Shown one piece after another: positions 41,230-49,545 of a stretch of 49,545 bases of DNA (the first letter of the stretch is position 1; every line of letters begins with the position of its first letter). The translations under genes and the position numbers were made by a program. The notes beneath the pieces are model-generated. The model did not search any database and was not told where the DNA came from. It saw nothing but the letters and a program-made list of their open reading frames with translations. The stretch lies in NCBI GenBank assembly GCA_001938485.1, contig MQRK01216362.1:1-49545 (forward strand). The letters are read 5' to 3'. The DNA is from Girardia tigrina. Lineage: Eukaryota.

Positions 41230-41695
41230 AAATCTCCTACCCCATTTGAATTATGTTCGGATCTCGTAAATAAATTTACATGTAATGGGTGTAATGCCAC
41301 ATACATTGGAGAGACGTCCCGTCATCTTTGTAGAAGTATCCAAGAACATGGTCGGAATGTAGGTGGGAGTAATATTCCAGAACACAGAAAGGGTTGTAAG
41401 TCGAATGAAAACATAAACAAAAATGATTTTAAAATTCTATGTTGTCGTTTTAAAAACTATTGGGAGAGGGCTGGCCTGTGAAGCACTTTATATTAGATCT
41501 TTAGATCCTAAGATTAATGTGCAAACGAGTCTCTCGAAAACTCTATTGAGCGTGTTTAGATGACATAATCACTGCTTGTCTATATCACCAGATTTTAAAT
41601 TCTTTTTTTCTTGAGACCTGACGATGACGGTTATACCGACGAAAGTAATTGTCTTAAAAAATAAATGTTTATTTAATAAATGGCGTATTTTAGTC
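41230..41695 (+). mobile_element. Penelope-like element 3' end: GIY-YIG endonuclease plus pseudo-LTR
   Basis: LVNKFTCNGCNATYIGETSRHLCRSIQEH...FKIL...EALYIRSLDPKIN; tail shares AATAAATG...AAATGGCGT with the 32-33 kb repeats. Confidence 0.9.
41611..41657 (+). ncRNA. Minimal type I hammerhead ribozyme motif
   Basis: Stem I UUGAGAC/GUCUUAA, CUGACGA-U-G-A-CGGU-UAU-ACCG-A-C-GAAA-GUAAUU; predicted cleavage after 41650. Confidence 0.8.
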
Positions 41696-42408
41696 TTTAA
41701 CAATAAGAAAATTTAGATTTTATAATTTCTCTTGTTAAAAATTGATTTTTTTTATTTGGGGAAAAGTTTGTTTGAAAAACAAAATAGTATAAAGTTTAAA
41801 TTTTAAAAAAAGTATAAGGTTAAAAAGTGTTGGGGTAATGTAAATATAACTCTTTTGTTTATAAATATGAACCTTTTTATTCTTATTCTGAATTTTGTGA
41901 TATTTCTTTATTTTTGTATTTTATTATAAATATGAACTTTTTATTTTATTTTTATTTTGTAAATTTTATATTTTTGTCTGTGATGCGTGTTTTGTTATTA
42001 TTTATATATATTATTTATTAAAATAAAACTTAATTTATATATTTATTTATCTATTAAAAAAGAAAAAATCATTATTGTTATTGTCACGCACTATGCGTTC
42101 TTGCTACGCATAGTGCGTCCTCATTTTGCGTGGTCACACATATTTTTATTTTTTAAGCTACGGCCACGCTTAGTTCTTTCGGATAGTTAGTGACCATTTT
42201 CAACCTTGGTGTAGGCCACGCATCCATAACTCATTCATTCGTACGACCACGCGCAGATCGCAGTATTGTTTTCTGTTCACTACGTGAGACACGCGATTTA
42301 CCGGAACAATATAAAATAATTGACAAAATCCGCCAAAGCGTAATTTTTACAATTCATTACAGGTAAAATTCTTTTTCGTAAGTTGACAAAATTTTTACAA
42401 TTCATTAC

Positions 42409-42612
42409 AGAAATCATTTGCATCCGATTATTGTTAGGAACCCCAGTGGAAATTAGAAATCATTTGCATCCGATTATTGTTTGGAACCCTAGTAGAAATT
42501 TGGAAATCATTTGCATACAATTGTTGGAACCCTAGTGGAAAATTAGAAATCATTTGTATCCGATTATTGGAACCTTAGTGGAAATTTAGAAATCATTGTA
42601 TACGATTATTGG
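42409..42612. repeat. Minisatellite, about 4.5 copies of a 43-47 nt unit
   Basis: Unit AGAAATCATTTGCATCCGATTATTG(TT.)GGAACCCTAGTGGAAATT. Confidence 0.92.
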
Positions 42613-44010
42613 GATATCTTAACAAACTCTGTTTGACGAGCTTGGCACAAGGTTATTACTTACCCCTTCTTTTTAATTAAAGTATTTTAAATTTTATAAA
42701 ATCAATAATTTTAATTTATAATAAATTAATAATCGATATTTACCAAAATAATAGAACGCTTTAAAACGGTGTTTTTGAAGCGGTCTAAATACCACTCACC
42801 TTAGGATATTCTTTTATATTTTTTCATTTCAAATAAATTGTGTAATATTGTTCATATTATAAATAAATCTTATTGTCTTGCATTGTTGTTGATTAATATT
42901 AATTATAATTAAACCAAGGAATATTTCATTTAATAAACTCCATAGGAGATTAACAAATTAGTAGAAGATTTATTATCTTCTTTTGTTAAGCACAGTAGTA
43001 AAGTAAAGGAAAGTGTTTCTCCTTTACCCGTGTCTTAACAAAAGATTAGAAAAAAAGTAATTAAAAAAATTAATTTTGATCTTTATTATATAAATTTGTC
43101 AATATTTACCAAAATTAAATTAAAAAAATTTAATATTAACATCAAATAAATTAATAAAATGTTTTTAATGATAATATATTATATAAATTTGAGTAATTTT
43201 TTATTATTACTTTTAGCGACAATTAATTTTATGATCAGTTTTATACTAATCGTTTTATACTTGATCACTTATTTTATTGATTCTTTTTTTAGAGGTTAAT
43301 GTATAATACCATTTCTCGGAATACACACGGCCAGTTTCAATATTTATTTAATAAAAATTTGATTCAAGTTATGTGATGATTTTTTATTTGTTTTGTAAAA
43401 CGATCCACATAATTTGCTTTTAACACTATTAATTCAAATGATATCAGTGATTTCCGATGTTTTTCACAATTTTTTTGTAATTATTTGAACGTGTTTTAAA
43501 AACAAACTAATTTGAATAAAATGTATTTTAGTAATTGACACTTAAATATATTTATAGTAAATAATTTTTGAAAGTTTTGTGGAAAATTATCAACAAATAA
43601 GTTACGTCGATTTTTATACTACGCAAAAAGCGCAATATTTTCAAAAATGTTCGGTCACCAGCGTTGTGTTAACAGTTTGATTTACAAATCCAAATATGCT
43701 TTGAGAACGATTTCTTAATATTTCCAAAACTGAAATTATTTTTAAAATTGAACAGTATTCTTTTGTAGTTTTCTTAAAGAAAAATTGTAATGATACTTTC
43801 TATATATTAACATAAAGCTTTCTATTTATTCAAATGTACCAGATATAAATTACAGTATAACTTTACTATGCAGTGTTTAATTCCCGCAAAATAATCATTA
43901 AAACGAAATCTTAATTTTTTATTACGATAAGAGATACCTTAACAAAGTAAATTCATAATCAAAACTCTGAAATGTATTTCAACCGTGTATTAATAAACAA
44001 AAAAAAGCTT

Positions 44011-44647
44011 TCAGAACATTTTTCCTCCGTATCCGAAAGTCATTTTTATAGCGTGAAAATAATGATGCTTCCAACCCTCTTTGGTATTTGAGAAATCATT
44101 TTCAGGAATTTTATTTTGCTTTAAATTCAAAACTGTCCCGGAATCAGTTGCTTTCAAATGGATTTCAACCGAACTATAATGATCCGGTATCCAGGATTTG
44201 TGACGCCATTTAAGCTTGATCAGATTAGGACAAGTCTAAAATTGATTAGTTATTGGTTATTTTAAGTATCATATAATGAAACTCACGAATTCCTCAAAGA
44301 AACCTGATATAGTTTCACCAAACATTAAAAATTCTCCACCAACTGAACAGTTTATTTTGCAAGGAGATCGACTAAACGCTGTTACAAGCTGAGATATTAA
44401 AGATAATAAATATTATTAGAAAGGTTTTCAAGATCAATTACATCACTATTCAGGAACACTTGATATAAATCGTTAGGAGTACAAAAGAATTCTTCTTCAA
44501 TATCCAAAGACAAAAACTTCGTGTATGTTTTGACTTGATTTTTGCTAACAACAATCTCATTCAATGTTTGTTTATACACATTAGACGTAGCAACGGGGGC
44601 ATCAGAACTGACCTTTTTAGTTGGTAAAATGAGATCTTTAGTGTACT
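44011..44647 (-). CDS. AHSA1: Aha1 coding exons 3-5 (C-terminal START-like AHSA1 domain)
   Basis: EEEFFCTPNDLYQVFL, GGEFLMFGETISGFFEEF, KWRHKSW; introns 44441-44389 and 44286-44236. Confidence 0.93.
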
Positions 44648-47600
44648 CTATAACAAAAACATGTTACAGTATGATTAACACAAAATTTAATTAAAAAATT
44701 ATAAATAAAGTTAATTTTCATTTTAAGATAAATATTTTAGAATTATCAAATATTAACTATAAAATAAAAAGAATATTTAAAAATTAATAATATTTAATTC
44801 CAGAATATTAAAAAAATCCGGAATTAAATTAAAATAATTTAAAATTATAAAATACTAACTGAAAGTAAAAAATATCGAAAATTAAAAATTTATTAATTTT
44901 TCAGTAAGCTTTTTTTAAGAATTTGATCATTGTAAGTTAAGGAAATCCTTCTATCATCAGCAATTATATTTGATATTTATTATTTTAATGTTTAAAATCT
45001 TAAAATTTTTAAAACATTTGATTATTATTATCCAATAATATCTTAAATTAATGGTAATGGAAATTGACACTATATCGAAAATTAAAAATTTACGAAATAT
45101 TTTAAAATTATTAAAAAAAAATAGAAGATTTAAATGAAGATGTACAGAAACGAATGACCAACAAGTAAATTTAATTTTTTTTCATTAATTTATACTTTTA
45201 AACTGATGGTTTTTTTACACCCATAACCAAATACACCATAATCTTTTAATTATCATCCTTAGATTCATAAATGTATTTGTTCAGGTTTAATTAACAAATT
45301 AATATCAGCAAAATGCTGAGGTTTATAAAATACAGTGGACTCTGTATTTGCCAAAAAAACTTCGGTATAGCCGTAGCGTCAATTTTCATTACCTAAGCAC
45401 TGATATTTAGTCGGTACAATAACATATCTTCGATATACATGGAGTGCACTGTATATAAATATAGTTTTATTATTTTTATCTCTAATGTAATACACTATAG
45501 TTTTTTTGTTTAAGTATTCTAAAAATTCATAAAAAATATTAATGTTGCCAATATATTATTTTAATGTTATTTTAAAAAGGGAACAAAGTATTTATGTAAT
45601 TTAAGATATTACTGGATAATAATAATCAAATGTTTTAAAAATTTTAAGATTTTAAACATTAAAATAGTAAATATCAAATATAATTGCTGATGATAGAAGG
45701 ATTTCCTTAACTTACTATAATCAAATTCTTAAAAAAGCTTTTTTCTGGATCTTTAAGGAAATTATTTTCCATATATATATACAGGGTTTTTTAAGATTTC
45801 TAGCTAGATGTAACCTAAGAAAATGTGGGTGTACAATATAATATATTTATTTTTACTCAAAATTTTTTACACATATGCACACTGGATTTAAAGGGTTAAG
45901 AACAAAAGAATGTATTATACTTATTAAATAAGTATACAATTACAAATGACCTTGTGCAGGAGCGTGTATATACAAAAGGGAGAGAGTGGGTGGAATAGCA
46001 GTGTTTCTATTTTTAATCAACTAATGCTTTATCTACAAAAGTTGGATGTACATTGTACACCCAAAATGGCCTTAAAAAAGTCATTATTTTATAACGGCGT
46101 AAATTTGATTTCTCATTATTCTAATCTTATTTTTTAAGTACATTATTCAGAATGTTTTGAAAAGTATATTTAATTAAAGTTAAATCATTCCATTAATTTA
46201 TACAAAATATAATAATACCAGATCAAAGTTCTGAAAGGTTATTTGGGGCCCATATTTTGGATCAGTAACATTATATAATGTTTTGAATAGAAAAGTGTAT
46301 TTAATCAAAGCAGGACGTATCGACACCAGAAATTAATTTTTATAAATTAGTATTAGTTGACTTGAAATATTTTTTCCAAATTAACATTTTTGAGATTGCA
46401 GTGATAAATGCTCTCTTCTGTTTTTCATAATGCTAGCTTACAGGTATGTTTATTCACTTGGTCCAAAATAGAAGACGTAAAGTGTCAGGTGAAATTAATG
46501 TCACTTTATTCTTAAAAATCCTAATTAATAAAAAATTATTTCATTTTCTTCCCAAAAATTTTAATTTAAAAAAATAATTAATTTATGGCGCCGAAACGTT
46601 TCGTACCCAAATTTAATTAAAGTTCAATTTTTAAGTTTAAAGTAAAAATAAAATTTTTCCATTGATTTATATAAAATAATTGAATATTTAAAAAAAATAA
46701 ATTAAAATAATTTATTAAATATTTTAAAATTATTTTTAAAAAGAACAGAATCAAAATTTGGAAAGGTTCTTTATTTTCTTAATTACAGACCCATATTATA
46801 TAACATGGGTTCCAATGTATGAGGTCAATAGGAAGCGCAACAACGTTTTTTCTATATTTTCAAAGGGTGCAGTTCCGTACGGGCCCAAGTAAATGTAAAA
46901 AATATGACAATATATAAAACATTATAAGCATACCACGAAAAATGTTAAAAAAATATTTTTTAATTTAAAATTTTTGTAAGTAATCTAATTTTAAGGGAAA
47001 TTGATTATGTAATCACTAACTTCATTGACTAATTCTAGAAAATACTTATACCTCGAGTTCAGAATGAAATAAGTGTTAAAAAATTATTTAATCTTTTTTT
47101 CCAGTTATGTCTAACACATTTTATACATTTAAAATTGAATATTTTTTGGAATAGTTTTTCTGTTTTTTAAATAATTTTCACTGTAAATTAAGAAAAAAAA
47201 TAAATAAAATAGTTTTAAAAACTGAGACAAAACACATTTAATTTGAAAAAATACATAAAATAAGCCAGAGAAGATAGTGAAAATTTTTTTAAATATTTAT
47301 TATCGTATGCTTATAATTTTTATATTGACATATTTTATATTTGATTGGGTCCATATGGAACTACATCCCATATATCAAATTTATTCATAAAACAAGTAGT
47401 GGTGCGAAGTAAATTTAACCCAAAAACGTCCGCATTTCCACAAACATAAAACTCACGAACCAGTTTTCAAATCGGTGATATATTTGCCCAATTTCTCTCT
47501 GATGACAGCGGCACATTCCTTTCTCGCGTAATCCTTGATTTTGGCCGCATCATTCGAGTTGCTCTCGATCGTGACGTTTATATCGAGCTCGCTCGCATCG

Positions 47601-48001
47601 TATTCTTCGCTTAAATTCGGAATATCGAATTTCCCTTTGAATTCGGTTTTGTTTTCTCCGGTTTTCAAGAGCCCTTTCCAGTCGCCTTCGATGACCCATT
47701 CGTAGAAAACAATGACTTTCGCCTTCCGATTGTTGGCGATCGCTTCACCGTCAATTTTTGTCACATCGGTAATCTCAAAGAAATCTGAATCGAGAAATAA
47801 AGGATCAATGAACATTAAATTATCGAAATAATTTGAATTACATGAATCATTTTCCACGACAAGTCCATTCAATAATTTTTTGATAACGTCCTTCGACCAC
47901 TGAGTGGCATTTTTCTCCGCCCAATGCCAATTGTTGACGTTTTTCGCATCTTCACGTTCTTCTACTATCCATCTCGGATCGCCTTCTCCCCACTTTGCCA
48001 T
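44011..48001 (-). CDS. AHSA1: Activator of Hsp90 ATPase homolog 1 (Aha1), 5 coding exons, 338 aa
   Basis: Exons 48001-47842, 47784-47461, 44647-44442, 44388-44287, 44235-44011 (1017 nt, TGA). MAKWGEGDPRWIVEER, NVNNWHW, ANNRKAKVIVFYEW, IPNLSEE, LKTEYTKDLILPT, IKLKWRHKSW, EGWKHHYFHAIKMTFGYG. Confidence 0.96.
44906..45740. repeat. Long inverted repeat (foldback/MITE-like), arms 44906-45050 and 45597-45740
   Basis: Arms are near-perfect reverse complements. Confidence 0.9.
45333..45451. mobile_element. Small pogo/Tigger-type MITE nested in the foldback spacer
   Basis: TA|CAGTGGACTC ... GAGTGCACTG|TA. Confidence 0.55.
47461..48001 (-). CDS. AHSA1: Aha1 coding exons 1-2 (Aha1_N domain), 57-nt intron 47785-47841
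   Basis: NxNNWHW and RKxK motifs; GTAATT...TTCAG intron. Confidence 0.95.
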
Positions 48002-48024
48002 ATCGATTCAATGTAGATGATGAA

Positions 48025-48074
48025 CTGGAATGGAGAAAAAAATTAAATTTTGTGATTTATTAAATCGAATTTAC
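48025..48074 (-). other. Probable 50-nt 5' UTR intron of Aha1
   Basis: Minus strand GAG|GTAAAT donor and TTTTTTCTCCATTCCAG acceptor 23 nt upstream of the ATG; size matches the short-intron class. Confidence 0.6.
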
Positions 48075-49545
48075 CTCGTAGAAATTGCGAGAAACAAATA
48101 GAAATTGTCAGAACAAAGATTGATTAAAAGTATTATTTAAACAAATGGAAATTAATAAAAATAGCAAAATTTTAATTTTACATTTCTGAAATCTACTAGA
48201 ACAATTTTAATTGAAAGACAATTATAATTATAAATAAAAATTTTTTTCAGAAACTATCTTTTAAATTTTATTGATTTTGTTTTCAGTTTTATGGTTATTT
48301 ATCAGTATTATTTATATTGGTAAAATTTTTCTGCTATTACAGTTATAATTAATTTATTATTTTTTGATTTTCAGTGTCAACATTTATGGTTGATTTTTTA
48401 TGTTTATTGAACTTAAAGTTGTGAGAGAAATACTTATTAAATTGAGTCTTTCGTTTATAATTAACGTAAGTATTATTTGGTAAACTGTCCAAAGTAAAAA
48501 TCACTTCTCAATATATTGTATATAAATTAATTTAATATTTTGTTATTAAATTAATTAACATATAATGAACCCGAGTTGTCACTAAAGGCTCTAGGTCTTT
48601 AAGTATAAAATCGGCCAGGGGCCAATAAAATATTACTCGTTACTTATAGAACATTATTACTTGTAATCAAATTGTAGATATATATAAAATACATTTTTGT
48701 AAAATAAAATTTTTGTTCTTTTAATAACTTACATACACACGAAACACTCAACAAAACTATAAATCAATGTCATACTTGAAAATACTATGGCGCAATCACC
48801 GTAGCTACCAAGTATAATATTACCAAATCGATGTTTTTACTGAAAAAGTTCTGTAATCTAAATTCTCTAAAAAATATCAGACGCGCAAATAATAACAAAA
48901 ATTACCATGACCTGACTACACCACAATGGTGAAGGGGTAGCGTGGGCCTCCCATCTCTTTCGAATGGTATTGAGCCTCTAGGCTCTTTAGAGGGTCCACC
49001 CAAACTGAAGGATCACTAGCAACTTCACGATAGGCCTCCTACGGGGTCGGATAGTTTCGGTCTCCGAAATCTTTTCGGTTACCCTGTAAGAAACGACCAC
49101 CCATGGGTTGTATAGCTGTTGGTATATGTGTGTGATAAAAATGCTTTATTCAAATGAGAAACGAAAACAAGACTTTTAAATAAAAATATATATTTTCACT
49201 TTATACAAAAATTACAAATGAGAATTTTATTTAAAAAGAACTTAAACTTATACAAGATTTTAAATATTGGGTAGGGGAGGAAACGTAACGTTTACCTCCA
49301 GTCAATTTAGATATATATAAAAATATGTATTAAACAATATATAAATTATATGTTTTTAGCCGATAATCGTACTTTTCCAATTGTTGCACTGAGATCCGAA
49401 AATCTTTAGTTTTGTTTTTTGTTGTATCAATAGATTTTGATCAGAGACTTATATAATTGCTCTGATGCAAATTAGTTCGTTGATCGTCTAGACACTTAGA
49501 GTTTTAAGTGTAACTTGATAAAATTCTTGAGTCGTAACTTGATCG

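Noticed and set aside
42409-42612. Possible CRISPR-like array
   Set aside because: Contiguous tandem units with no unique spacers, eukaryotic context and no cas genes.

Overview
Very AT-rich eukaryotic genomic DNA with spliceosomal GT-AG introns. Many introns are 43-60 nt and others are kb-sized and filled with transposons; a planarian-like flatworm is my inference, not established. Two convergent host genes can be reconstructed exon by exon with consistent phases. The first is a 23-coding-exon SWR1/Domino/SRCAP-family chromatin-remodelling ATPase on + (7200-35893, about 1951 aa: HSA domain, split SNF2 ATPase, C-terminal AT-hook-like repeats). The second is a 5-coding-exon Hsp90 co-chaperone Aha1 gene on - (48001-44011, 338 aa). 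The rest is mostly decayed mobile DNA: BEL/Pao, Gypsy, Penelope-like (GIY-YIG), DD41D rosa, two mariners, Tc1, Tc5/pogo-like, hAT, Merlin, Chapaev3, Helitron-like ends, MITEs and foldbacks. There are two assembly gaps. The most notable non-obvious signals are: three minimal type I hammerhead ribozyme motifs in Penelope terminal repeats, two forming an inverted pair inside a Domino intron; a modular phase-0 exon array repeating a basic [G/R][R/K]PxWKN motif; a chimeric intron-exon duplication that creates a decoy acceptor; candidate recursive splice sites; and unexplained GC-rich structured elements. All assignments are by eye from motifs, and no searches were run.
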